From: an uncultured Marinicella sp.
GTDB taxonomy: Bacteria; Pseudomonadota; Gammaproteobacteria; Xanthomonadales; Marinicellaceae
Assembly: GCA_964352015.1 (NCBI GenBank)
Contig: CAYGPU010000002.1
Coordinates: forward strand, 46,419 to 110,418
Direction of reading: 5' to 3'
Length of the DNA: 64,000 nt
Shown piece by piece: positions 47,926 through 56,862 of this stretch (its first letter is position 1; the number at the start of each line of letters is the position of its first letter). Position numbers and translations under genes: made by a program. The notes beneath the pieces were generated by a model. It was not told where the DNA came from. It searched no databases and saw only the letters and a program-made list of their open reading frames with translations.

Positions 47926-48627
47926 TTACTTCCAACTACAAGCTGCAATCACCCCAATCAAGGCGCAATGGATTTTGGTGCCATATTTTGTGGTGAAGGT
48001 TTTGCTGATGGTGATTTTATCAAAGAATTTCTCAATGCTGCCATCCAGCCCTTCGGCATAAAATTTCATTTGTAGTTTGGGTTTATCCACCGACTCATCT
48101 AAGAAGGGTATATCTGCCAACCAATCCTGTATTTCTTGATTAGGGATGTAAAAATCTGTCGCAGGTCCAGTACGGGCTTGGAATTCAGCGGGAATATCAA
48201 CAGAAGTCCTTTTCTTGATCATCAATAACACATCTCCTGCACTGACGTCAGAAGGTGAGTTACGCAGGATTTCGACCGGTTGAGTTGATAATGGTTCTGT
48301 CCTTGGTGTTTCAACAGGTTCGGATTCAACAGGAGTGTCTTCAATCAAAGAAGGTGGTTGATTAGGTATTTCTACAGGTGATTCATCAATGGCTGGTTGC
48401 ACTGGGGGTTGAACGATCGGCATGCTGTCAGGCTTGTCATCAGCAATGAGTTGGGGTTCGATCAACTCCAATTCAATGACCTGAGTGGACGCAAACAAAT
48501 CCAAGCGCCAAGGCTTGGGTAACAACAAAAAAGCCACAATCAAAAACGCAGGAATAAAAGCATGTTTAATCCAGTGCTTAAGTTCAGTGTGGCTGTGCCA
48601 ATTAGTTTGGTTGGTTATGGTGTGCAA
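47926..48627 (-). CDS. Hypothetical single-TM protein with a Pro/Glu-rich linker
   Basis: TM near residues 22-37, proline-rich spacer, C-terminal TKYGTKIHC...CSW. Confidence 0.7.
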   Translation of the reverse strand: MHTITNQTNWHSHTELKHWIKHAFIPAFLIVAFLLLPKPWRLDLFASTQVIELELIEPQLIADDKPDSMPIVQPPVQPAIDESPVEIPNQPPSLIEDTPVESEPVETPRTEPLSTQPVEILRNSPSDVSAGDVLLMIKKRTSVDIPAEFQARTGPATDFYIPNQEIQDWLADIPFLDESVDKPKLQMKFYAEGLDGSIEKFFDKITISKTFTTKYGTKIHCALIGVIAACSWK

Positions 48628-48717
48628 GAATGGTCAAATTATTCAATGCACACATTATAATTGAGGCCCGTTAAGCAGATGTAAAGTCAGGGATATGAAT
48701 AGCCAGTTTTTTGCTGC

Positions 48718-49161
48718 TTATAGTTTGATGTTAAAAAACTTGAACACCACCCAAGCAGGGCCAATCAACAGAAATTGTAGGTCTTTAAAAAATGAAGGTC
48801 GTTTGCCTTCGATGTGGTGGCCAATGAACTGTCCCACCCAAGCCACCACAAAAACCACCACGGCGATGATGAGCAATGGCCAACCCAATGATTCCAGCCA
48901 ATAATTTAGCCACAGGCAGGCCGCAGAGAAAACCAGCATGGTGGCAAAGACTCTAAAGCTCTTGATCAGGTAATACAGCATCAATAAGGCCAGGCTGATA
49001 ACTGCTAGATTCATCATGAAAGGAATTTTAACCACCCACAATGCGGCAGAAATAGACCAGAAAATCAGTGGCACACAGACATAATGAATTAATTGATTGG
49101 CGCGGTTGAGGTGTGACTTGTGGTATTCAGTCATCAAGTATTTCATCGATTCATTGTGCAT
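48718..49161 (-). CDS. DUF962/Mpo1-like membrane protein
   Basis: EY..SH.N..NQLIHYVCVP, QFIGHHIEGKRPSF and LLIGP motifs. Confidence 0.9.
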   Translation of the reverse strand: MHNESMKYLMTEYHKSHLNRANQLIHYVCVPLIFWSISAALWVVKIPFMMNLAVISLALLMLYYLIKSFRVFATMLVFSAACLWLNYWLESLGWPLLIIAVVVFVVAWVGQFIGHHIEGKRPSFFKDLQFLLIGPAWVVFKFFNIKL

Positions 49162-49184
49162 AATTTAAGCTCCAGTCATTTAAT

Positions 49185-50069
49185 TTATCCGGTAAAGTCT
49201 TTGCCGGTGATTCTGCGGTAAGCCTCTTGGTATTTTTCAGCTGTTTTATTGATCAATTCCTGCGGAACATGTGGCCCGGGTGCCTGTTTATCCCAGTCCA
49301 AGGTTTCCAAGTAATCTCGGATGAATTGTTTGTCATAACTTTCTGGGCTGCTGCCAACTTGGTAATTGGCTTGGTTCCAGAACCTAGATGAGTCAGGGGT
49401 TAATACTTCATCCATCAACACCAGGTTGTCATCTTCATCCAGTCCGAATTCAAATTTTGTGTCAGCAATGATGATACCATTGTTTAACGCGTGTTGACTG
49501 GCTTGACGGTATATTGCCAATGAGACACTGCGAAGCTCCGTTGCGCGTTCAGTGCCAATCAGGTCGGTCAATTGTTGGAATGAAATGTTTTCATCGTGGT
49601 CTCCCACCTGGGCTTTGGAAGATGGGGTGAACAAGGCTTCGGGTAATTGTTCGGCTTGTCGAAGATTTTCAGGTAATTTAATACCACAGACTTCGCCGCT
49701 GCTTAAATAATCTTTCCAGCCTGAACCAATGATATAACCCCTGACAATCGCCTCACAGGGCAGAGCTCGTAACTTTTTAACCACCACTGCACGTTGAATT
49801 AAGTCATTATTCGCAGTCGGAATGACTTGTGCCACTGGTATTTCAGTCAGGTGATTCTTTATAATAGGACGCATCATTTGGAACCAAAAATTCGAAATTT
49901 GAGTCAATAACGCCCCTTTGTGCGGAATGGCATCAGGCAAAACCACATCAAAGGCACTGAGGCGGTCACTGGCGACCATCAGCAAGTGTTGCTCGTCGAT
50001 CTGATAGACATCCCGAACTTTACCTTGGTGGATGCGTTTGAATGGAATTTTTGGTGATTCAGTTTTCAT
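49185..50069 (-). CDS. purC: SAICAR synthetase
   Basis: GKVRDVY, SDRLSAFD, ADTKFEFG, DEVLTPDSSRFW and DKQFIRD motifs. Confidence 0.97.
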   Translation of the reverse strand: MKTESPKIPFKRIHQGKVRDVYQIDEQHLLMVASDRLSAFDVVLPDAIPHKGALLTQISNFWFQMMRPIIKNHLTEIPVAQVIPTANNDLIQRAVVVKKLRALPCEAIVRGYIIGSGWKDYLSSGEVCGIKLPENLRQAEQLPEALFTPSSKAQVGDHDENISFQQLTDLIGTERATELRSVSLAIYRQASQHALNNGIIIADTKFEFGLDEDDNLVLMDEVLTPDSSRFWNQANYQVGSSPESYDKQFIRDYLETLDWDKQAPGPHVPQELINKTAEKYQEAYRRITGKDFTG

Positions 50070-50144
50070 GCGTGGTGCAAAATGTGCGATGCAGCTATTT
50101 TAGCTATGGATAAAGGCCTAAGCAAACAAATATAGGTTAATTAT

Positions 50145-50948
50145 ATGGGTATTATCATAGGCGGTATTCTGGGATTTAAGTTTGGTAGTTATCCTGGCAT
50201 GCTGTTGGGCGCTTGGATAGGTCATTGGCTGGAACGTCAATTGACGGGTAAGTCAAATGTCAGTCAGCAAAAGGAAATCCAAGAAAGCTTTTTTAATGCC
50301 TTGTTTCTGACCATGGGTAAACTGGCTAAAGTAGACGGCAAGGTATCGTCCTCTGAAATTGAGCGAACCGAAGGCATCATGCGACACATGAATCTGACTG
50401 GAGAACTGAGGCAGCGCGCCATCAGTCTATTCAATCAAGGTAAAGAAGATGGCTTTGATATAGACCCTGCATTGCGACAGTTTGGGCAATTCGCCCGCAG
50501 GTCACTGTCGTTGAAACAAATATTTTTAGAAATGCTGGTCGATGTGGCCGAAGCCGATGGCGAAATTTCGGCGGCTGAACAGACATTGATAGAACGCACC
50601 TGTCAGTTGATTGGCTATCCTGTACAGTTGTTGATTGCGATGATGAAAATGCGGGGATTCGCTGCCACAGGTGGTGGTTATCAACATCAGTCACACAGCA
50701 GCCGCCAGCAACAAAGCCGTCGTTCGGTCAATCGCCAATCACCATTCAACCCGTACCAAGTTTTAGGTGTTGAACAAAACGATGACAAAGCCACCATTCG
50801 CAAAGCCTATAAGCGGTTGATGAGCCAACACCATCCGGATAAGTTGGTGTCCAAGGGCTTGCCACCAGAAATGATGAAAGTGGCTGAAGAAAAAGCCAAG
50901 CAAATTCAGTTGTCATGGGAAAAAGTCAAAGATTTAAAGGGTTGGTGA
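50145..50948 (+). CDS. djlA: Co-chaperone DjlA
   Basis: N-terminal TM, TerB-like domain (AKVDGKVS..EI) and C-terminal J domain with HPD. Confidence 0.92.
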   Translation: MGIIIGGILGFKFGSYPGMLLGAWIGHWLERQLTGKSNVSQQKEIQESFFNALFLTMGKLAKVDGKVSSSEIERTEGIMRHMNLTGELRQRAISLFNQGKEDGFDIDPALRQFGQFARRSLSLKQIFLEMLVDVAEADGEISAAEQTLIERTCQLIGYPVQLLIAMMKMRGFAATGGGYQHQSHSSRQQQSRRSVNRQSPFNPYQVLGVEQNDDKATIRKAYKRLMSQHHPDKLVSKGLPPEMMKVAEEKAKQIQLSWEKVKDLKGW

Positions 50949-51009
50949 TGTTGACATTCTCAAGCGGCAATGACAAACTCAAGGTTTATCCTTTTACCCC
51001 ATTTAAACC

Positions 51010-51693
51010 ATGACTGATATCATCATTGCGCCGTCTATTTTATCCGCTGACTTTGCCCGTTTAGGAGAAGAAACCGAGGCTGTACTGGCTGCTGGTGCTG
51101 ATTGGGTACATTTTGATGTGATGGACAACCATTATGTGCCTAATTTAACCATTGGACCTTTGGTGTTAAAGGCCTTGCGAAACTATGGCATCACAGCACC
51201 GATTGATGTGCATCTGATGGTCAAGCCGGTGGATCGTATCATTGGTGATTTTGCTCAAGCCGGGGCCAGCATCATTACTTTTCACCCCGAAGCCTCTGAA
51301 CACATTGACCGTTCTTTGGCTTTAATTAAAGAACAGGGCTGTCAAGCGGGTTTGGTGCTTAACCCTGCCACGCCAGTGCATGTTTTGGAACATGTGATGG
51401 ATAAGTTGGATGTGATATTATTGATGAGTGTTAACCCCGGTTTTGGTGGGCAATCATTCATTTCCAGTACTTTAGATAAACTCAAAACTGTCAAGCAGTT
51501 AATCACAACATCAGGTCGTGATATTCGCCTCGAAGTTGATGGTGGGGTGAAAGTTGATAACATTGGTACCATTGCCCAAGCAGGTGCAGATACTTTTGTG
51601 GCAGGATCAGCCATTTTTAATACCGAAGATTATGCCAAAACCATCACCAATATGCGTCAAATGATTCAGCAGCAATTCAGCCAAGTGAGTTAA
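51010..51693 (+). CDS. rpe: Ribulose-phosphate 3-epimerase
   Basis: [36 protein letters not shown] and EVDGG motifs. Confidence 0.98.
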   Translation: MTDIIIAPSILSADFARLGEETEAVLAAGADWVHFDVMDNHYVPNLTIGPLVLKALRNYGITAPIDVHLMVKPVDRIIGDFAQAGASIITFHPEASEHIDRSLALIKEQGCQAGLVLNPATPVHVLEHVMDKLDVILLMSVNPGFGGQSFISSTLDKLKTVKQLITTSGRDIRLEVDGGVKVDNIGTIAQAGADTFVAGSAIFNTEDYAKTITNMRQMIQQQFSQVS

Positions 51694-51702
51694 ACTGTAA
51701 GC

Positions 51703-52143
51703 ATGAAAACAATCGCGTGTCTTATTTTGCTGTGCCTCCTCAGTTTCCAAGTTGAAGCTGAAGCTGATGATGGTGTCAGTCTGAATGATGCGGTCAACCA
51801 GGTGAAGACCGAAGGCAGGGTGTTGTCTGCTAAAACCATCAATGGACGGCATGAAATCAAAATATTGACTCCCAACGGGACAGTTAAAACCATCAACAAA
51901 AAAGCGGCTAACCCGAATATAAAAATCAAACCTCCAAGACCAGAGTTCTACAACAACGGTGGACAGTCAATGCGTGATCGCAAACAGAATCCAGCGATTC
52001 CAGATCGTTTTAACCGCCAACAAAAAGTCATGAAGCTCAATCAGCGTCAACTGAATAGGAGCACATTGGATTTGCAGCCCATGACCAAAGACAGAAAAGC
52101 CAAGAGCAGAAAACCAAACAATAAAAAAGATAAAGACAATTAA
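51703..52143 (+). CDS. Secreted PepSY-like protein
   Basis: Signal peptide, SLNDAVNQV...GRVLSA...IKILTPNG; precedes a two-component pair. Confidence 0.7.
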   Translation: MKTIACLILLCLLSFQVEAEADDGVSLNDAVNQVKTEGRVLSAKTINGRHEIKILTPNGTVKTINKKAANPNIKIKPPRPEFYNNGGQSMRDRKQNPAIPDRFNRQQKVMKLNQRQLNRSTLDLQPMTKDRKAKSRKPNNKKDKDN

Positions 52144-52146
52144 ACC

Positions 52147-52824
52147 ATGCGCGTATTATTGATTGAAGATGATGACAACCTCAGAAATACCCTGATTAAA
52201 CGTTTTGAGGAAACAGGCTATGTAGTGGATGCTGCAGACAATGGCGAAGATGGCCTGTATAAAGGCAAAGAATATCCAGCTGATGTGGCGGTGATTGATT
52301 TGGGTTTACCGCGAATTTCGGGTATGGAAGTGATTCAAACCTTACGCCAAGATGGGGTGGAATTTCCTATTATTGTATTAACCGCACGTGGTTCATGGCA
52401 AGACAAAGTCATGGGATTGGATGCCGGTGCTGATGACTACTTGGTTAAACCATTTCACTTTCCTGAATTATTGGCACGTGTTAATGCCTTGGTCAGACGG
52501 TCTACAGGTAATGCCACCCCTGAAATTGCCTGTGGTGGCTTAACCATGAACATGAGTTCACAAGAAGTTAAAGTTTCCGGTCAGACCCTTGATTTGACGT
52601 CTTATGAATACAAGGTGTTGGAATATTTACTTCACCATCAAAACGAAGTGATTTCTAAAACCACTTTGACTGAACACATTTATCACCAAGATTATGACCG
52701 AGACAGCAATGTTATTGAAGTTTTTGTGGGGCGTTTGCGCAAGAAACTGGCAGGCATTGATCCTGAAACTAAATACATTGAAACCTTGCGTGGCCGAGGT
52801 TACAGAATGCGCTCAATTGACTGA
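52147..52824 (+). CDS. PhoP-like response regulator
   Basis: DLGLP, LTARGSWQDKV.GLDAGADDYLVKPF and SNVIEVFVGRLRKK motifs. Confidence 0.92.
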   Translation: MRVLLIEDDDNLRNTLIKRFEETGYVVDAADNGEDGLYKGKEYPADVAVIDLGLPRISGMEVIQTLRQDGVEFPIIVLTARGSWQDKVMGLDAGADDYLVKPFHFPELLARVNALVRRSTGNATPEIACGGLTMNMSSQEVKVSGQTLDLTSYEYKVLEYLLHHQNEVISKTTLTEHIYHQDYDRDSNVIEVFVGRLRKKLAGIDPETKYIETLRGRGYRMRSID

Positions 52825-54186
52825 TTGATGGCTTCTGTGACTCAAAGTGTGTCACTGACAAAACGGGTTTTGGTCACCTCAAGTGTGGCTTTGTTGTTTG
52901 CCTTAGGGGCCATTGGTCTGGTTATGGACCAGGCTTTCAAAGAAAAGACCTTGCATCTGGTTAAGGAACGACTGGAAAGCTATGTGCTGGCCATCATATC
53001 TAACACCGAAGTTCAGGGTGATACATTAATTTTTCCAGAATATTTTCCTACCCCAAGAATGGAACAACCTGGGTCAGGCATGTATGCACAAATAATCGTT
53101 GGTGAACAACAGTGGGAATCACCATCGGTTTTGGGTCAGGAATTGCCAGAATTTGCCGCAGTTGAGGTGAATGAAAGGGTTTTTGCTGCGCCTGTTGAGT
53201 TCAATGGAGAACTGTTGTTCAGGATGAGTCAAGGCTTTACCTTAGAAGGAGAAAATGGTTCCATAGAATTGACTTTAGCGGTGACTGAACACGCTGGAAA
53301 CTTTTATCGTGAGTTGGCTGAGTTTGAAGAAAACTTATTGACCTGGTTGGTAGCCATCAGTTCTATTTTAGTTTGTGTGCAATGGATTATCATGTATTGG
53401 GCTACCAAGCCTTTGAAAAAGTTAATGTCAGATTTGTTGCGCTTAGAAAAGGGCGATGAACTAATATTTTCAGAAGACTATCCCAGTGAGTTAAGGGGCT
53501 TGACCACCAGCTTAAATCGATTGATTGAAAACGAAAGAAATAACCTGTCTCGCCAACGCAGAACCTTGGGCGATTTGGCGCATTCTTTGAAAACACCGCT
53601 GGCTGTTATTCATTCGGAATTAGAGAACAATGGAGTGGATAAAGAGTTGATTCAACAGCAAGTCATGAATATGAATGAAATTGTTGCGTACCAACTCAAA
53701 CGAGCTGCGGTTGCCGGTCATCGTACATTTGTAACTGGTGTGCCGGTGATTGATGTGCTGGATAAAATCATCAAAACCTTGAAGAAAATACATCCCAATC
53801 GGAATATTCAAGTACACACGCAAATAGCCCCTGGCGCCGAATTTTATGGTGAAAAAGGTGACTTGATGGAAGTGCTGGGAAACCTATTGGAAAACGCCTT
53901 TAAATGGTGCGATCAAAACATCGATGTGTTGGTTAAAACCTTGTATATGGAAGGCCGGAAAAGAACTGGTTTGGTGATTGAAATAAGCGATGACGGCCCA
54001 GGCATTCCAGTCGGAAGACGGCTCGAATTACTGAAGCGGGGTGTCAGAGGAGATGAACAAGTCAAAGGTCATGGCATTGGTCTTTCAATCGTTACAGACA
54101 TTGTGGAATCTTATCAAGGTGAGTTAGAAATCAAGACCCATGAAACACTCGGAGGTGCTTGTTTCAAAGTGATTCTTCCTCCTTAA
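52825..54186 (+). CDS. PhoQ-like sensor histidine kinase
   Basis: Two TMs; DLAHSLKTPLAV, GNLLENAFKW, DDGPG and GHGIGL motifs. Confidence 0.92.
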   Translation: MMASVTQSVSLTKRVLVTSSVALLFALGAIGLVMDQAFKEKTLHLVKERLESYVLAIISNTEVQGDTLIFPEYFPTPRMEQPGSGMYAQIIVGEQQWESPSVLGQELPEFAAVEVNERVFAAPVEFNGELLFRMSQGFTLEGENGSIELTLAVTEHAGNFYRELAEFEENLLTWLVAISSILVCVQWIIMYWATKPLKKLMSDLLRLEKGDELIFSEDYPSELRGLTTSLNRLIENERNNLSRQRRTLGDLAHSLKTPLAVIHSELENNGVDKELIQQQVMNMNEIVAYQLKRAAVAGHRTFVTGVPVIDVLDKIIKTLKKIHPNRNIQVHTQIAPGAEFYGEKGDLMEVLGNLLENAFKWCDQNIDVLVKTLYMEGRKRTGLVIEISDDGPGIPVGRRLELLKRGVRGDEQVKGHGIGLSIVTDIVESYQGELEIKTHETLGGACFKVILPP

Positions 54187-54226
54187 AACCTGCCATATTG
54201 ATTATAAAAATGAACTGAATTAAATC

Positions 54227-54988
54227 ATGAAAAAACTTTTAGACATCATGCAAAAACTGCGTGACCCAGATTGCGGCTGTCCTTGGGATATAGAACAAAC
54301 ATTTTCCTCTGTAGCTCCTTATACCATTGAAGAGGCCTATGAAGTGGCTGATGCCATAGAGCAGCAAGACATGATTGGGCTGCAGTTAGAGCTCGGAGAC
54401 TTGTTGTTTCAAGTGGTTTTTCATGCGCAAATGGCCAATGAAGCAGGACATTTTGATTTCAATGATGTGGTCAACACAGTCAGTGATAAGATGATCAGCA
54501 GACATCCTCACGTGTTTGAACCCAACTCGCCGCGTTTAACAGCCGAACAACAGACTGTCGCATGGGAACAAGCTAAAAGTAAGGATAAAGACAGTGTGCT
54601 TGATGGGATAGCGAACAACCTACCTGAACTGCTCAAAGCGGTTAAGTTGACCAAATATGCAGCCGTTACTGGCTTTGACTGGCCAGAGGTCAGCCATGTA
54701 TTCGATAAATTGGATGAAGAAACTGCTGAACTTAAAGAAGCCATTGGCGAACAAAATGCTGAACACATTGAAGAGGAGTTGGGTGATTTATTGTTCGTAG
54801 TGGCTAATTTAGCCAGACACTTGAAAGTTGATCCTTCATCGGCATTGCGTAAAGCAAACCATAAATTTGAAAGGCGGTTCAGGGCTGTTGAAAAGTTAGC
54901 TAAGGCACGTCAGCCTAAAAAAGAAAACTTTGACCTGAAGGTTCTGGACGAACTCTGGAATCAGGTCAAAGTTGAACTCAAACAATAA
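54227..54988 (+). CDS. mazG: Nucleoside triphosphate pyrophosphohydrolase MazG
   Basis: GCPWD.EQT, EEAYEV, ELGDLLFQVVFH and a second MazG domain. Confidence 0.96.
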   Translation: MKKLLDIMQKLRDPDCGCPWDIEQTFSSVAPYTIEEAYEVADAIEQQDMIGLQLELGDLLFQVVFHAQMANEAGHFDFNDVVNTVSDKMISRHPHVFEPNSPRLTAEQQTVAWEQAKSKDKDSVLDGIANNLPELLKAVKLTKYAAVTGFDWPEVSHVFDKLDEETAELKEAIGEQNAEHIEEELGDLLFVVANLARHLKVDPSSALRKANHKFERRFRAVEKLAKARQPKKENFDLKVLDELWNQVKVELKQ

Positions 54989-55006
54989 AATGTATAATCA
55001 GAATGA

Positions 55007-55276
55007 AGTATGCCTAAAGTGTGTGTGTGTGAAAGACATACCATCTTCGTCAGTTAAGAATTAGGTATGCCTAAAGTGTGTGTGTGAAAGGCATACCATA
55101 TTCGTTACATTTTCAAGTTCTTATAATGAGCTTTAAATAAAATATCGCGGCTCTGGTTCGTTATTATTACTCCCTCTTCTTCTTGAATTGAAACAACTCA
55201 TAGGTTGTTCCTTCTTCAACAGTCATGTGACAAATAACTTCCATGTGTGTGTAGTGTGTAATGAAGTTATTTGTCA
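55007..55276 (-). ncRNA. Candidate structured 3'-trailer RNA: three stem-loops with CA-rich loops
   Basis: Hairpins at 55007-55042, 55064-55097 (9-bp stems, (CA)5-6 loops) and 55228-55276 (14-bp perfect stem, ACACACTACACACAC loop). Stem variants are G.U-compatible only on the minus strand. Confidence 0.45.
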
Positions 55277-55291
55277 TCATTGACATATGGT

Positions 55292-55993
55292 TTATTGACT
55301 TGATTCTGCAGCACAAGTCAATAATTGATCGTTAATGTAAATTTCTATATCAGCTAGATTGGTGTTTGCGTTCGCTGTGTTTTGAATGCCGAAAGCCAAA
55401 CCATTTTTACAATTTAATTCAAGCTGTATGGTGGTCGTTGTATTCACTTCTTGCTCGACGAGTAAGCCGCCACCAGTTCCTTCTCCAGTTGCATCAGTTG
55501 ATTCACCACCTGTACCTTCACCAGTTGCATCAGTTGATTCGCCACCTGTGCCTTCACCCGTAGCATCAGTTGACCCGCCACCTGTTCCTTCACCCGTAGC
55601 ATCAGTTGACCCACCACCTGTTCCTTCACCAGTGGCATTTGGAGTAGACAATTCAAGTAAGCTGTTTTTTGCAATCAATTCAATGTTTCCTTGAATGACG
55701 AAACCCTCGACAAAAACAGCTTCATTATTTAACGTATATATGCCTTTTACATATTGTTGATCGGTAGTATATAAACGGATTTCTGCAGCAAACAGGGTGG
55801 GTGCAAAAAGACTGAAAAGTAAAGAAATCATTAACAATCTGAACCTGTTCAACTGACTAATCCCTGTACCTTCAGTTTCGGCTGATCTAGAAATGCCTGT
55901 GCCTTCTGTTTCGGCTAGAGATTGAACCATGCAGGTTCCTTCGCTTTCCGCTATATGAGAGATACCAGTACCTTCAGTTTCTGCAAATTTCAT
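55292..55993 (-). CDS. Secreted protein with AETEGTG leader repeats and an ATGEGTGG[G/E]STD tandem array
   Basis: GGAG RBS upstream of ATG 55993; four leader motifs precede RFRLLMISLLFSLFAPTLFA|A; five internal units; two Cys in the C-terminal part. Confidence 0.85.
   Translation of the reverse strand: MKFAETEGTGISHIAESEGTCMVQSLAETEGTGISRSAETEGTGISQLNRFRLLMISLLFSLFAPTLFAAEIRLYTTDQQYVKGIYTLNNEAVFVEGFVIQGNIELIAKNSLLELSTPNATGEGTGGGSTDATGEGTGGGSTDATGEGTGGESTDATGEGTGGESTDATGEGTGGGLLVEQEVNTTTTIQLELNCKNGLAFGIQNTANANTNLADIEIYINDQLLTCAAESSQ
55466..55636. repeat. 36-bp coding tandem repeat (~4.75 units)
   Basis: Unit ccacctgt.ccttcacc.gt.gcatcagttga..c. on the + strand. Confidence 0.95.
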
Positions 55994-56025
55994 TTTATGC
56001 TCCAGATTTATTATTAAGTGTTATG

Positions 56026-56862
56026 TTATTCTTCAAAGTAAAACAGACCTAAACCAATTCTTGATTCATGTTTTGGTACCTGAATCGATTCATATTTTTT
56101 TTCAATGGCCTCAAACTCAGGATAAAAGGTGTTGTAATAATGATGTTTTAATAATTCATTCACTTCAATTCTGAATTGTTTTTTGTGTTCTTTAGGGATT
56201 TTTATAGAAAATAAATTACTTTGAAAGTTAGTGTCTTGCTCATGTTCAAAGTTATGTTCAATGGTATTGGTTATTCGGTTAATGGTGTTTGCTGCAACTT
56301 CTATTTTTGTTGGATTGGTTGAGCTTTTCGGAATGAATGTTCTGTTTATCAGATAAACTTTGTCGCCTCTGACTTCAACACACTTTGAAAGAATTAAAGC
56401 ATCTAAAACCGGACCGTGACTGATGTTTTTACCAAATTTCTGTGTCAAAGTTTCAAAAGAAAGGCCTTTGCCACTTCTTTTAAGGGGTACTGGTTTGCCC
56501 TTTTTTTCACAGAAAGGAGGGTGAGAGTACCAGTGATCTAAAATATTGCCTTCTCTGGAGCGATTCTGTTCAATCCAATCTATTTCAGTTGAGTTGCTTT
56601 TGAGTATTTTTGAAACCTCTCTTCGATCCAGTCCAGTCTGATAAGCAATCGATGAGATCTTTCCTCGACTGTTTTCCGATTGCTCGTTGATGTATTTTTC
56701 CGCTTCCTCAATAAACAGTTCTTTCACCAAGGAGTGGAATGAATTGAACTCAACCTTTTGTTTCACTAATATCCTTACCAATGGTTGCAAGCATGTTTTA
56801 ATAAAACCAAGCCAATAGACATTGAATGACAAGTTGTTAGTATTGGGTAATATTTGTTTCAT
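56026..56862 (-). CDS. DUF6502-like protein with an N-terminal HTH-like segment
   Basis: LQPLVRIL...F..LVKELFIEEA...ISSIAYQTGLDRREV...L..W...P...G.P..L...G...SFE.L... pattern. Family name is from memory. Confidence 0.72.
   Translation of the reverse strand: MKQILPNTNNLSFNVYWLGFIKTCLQPLVRILVKQKVEFNSFHSLVKELFIEEAEKYINEQSENSRGKISSIAYQTGLDRREVSKILKSNSTEIDWIEQNRSREGNILDHWYSHPPFCEKKGKPVPLKRSGKGLSFETLTQKFGKNISHGPVLDALILSKCVEVRGDKVYLINRTFIPKSSTNPTKIEVAANTINRITNTIEHNFEHEQDTNFQSNLFSIKIPKEHKKQFRIEVNELLKHHYYNTFYPEFEAIEKKYESIQVPKHESRIGLGLFYFEE

Noticed and set aside
55366-55694. Alternative-frame and antisense repeat ORFs (PPVPSPVASVD etc.)
   Set aside because: Periodicity by-products of the 36-bp repeat. 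The minus-strand 233-aa frame has the RBS, signal peptide and synonymous variation.
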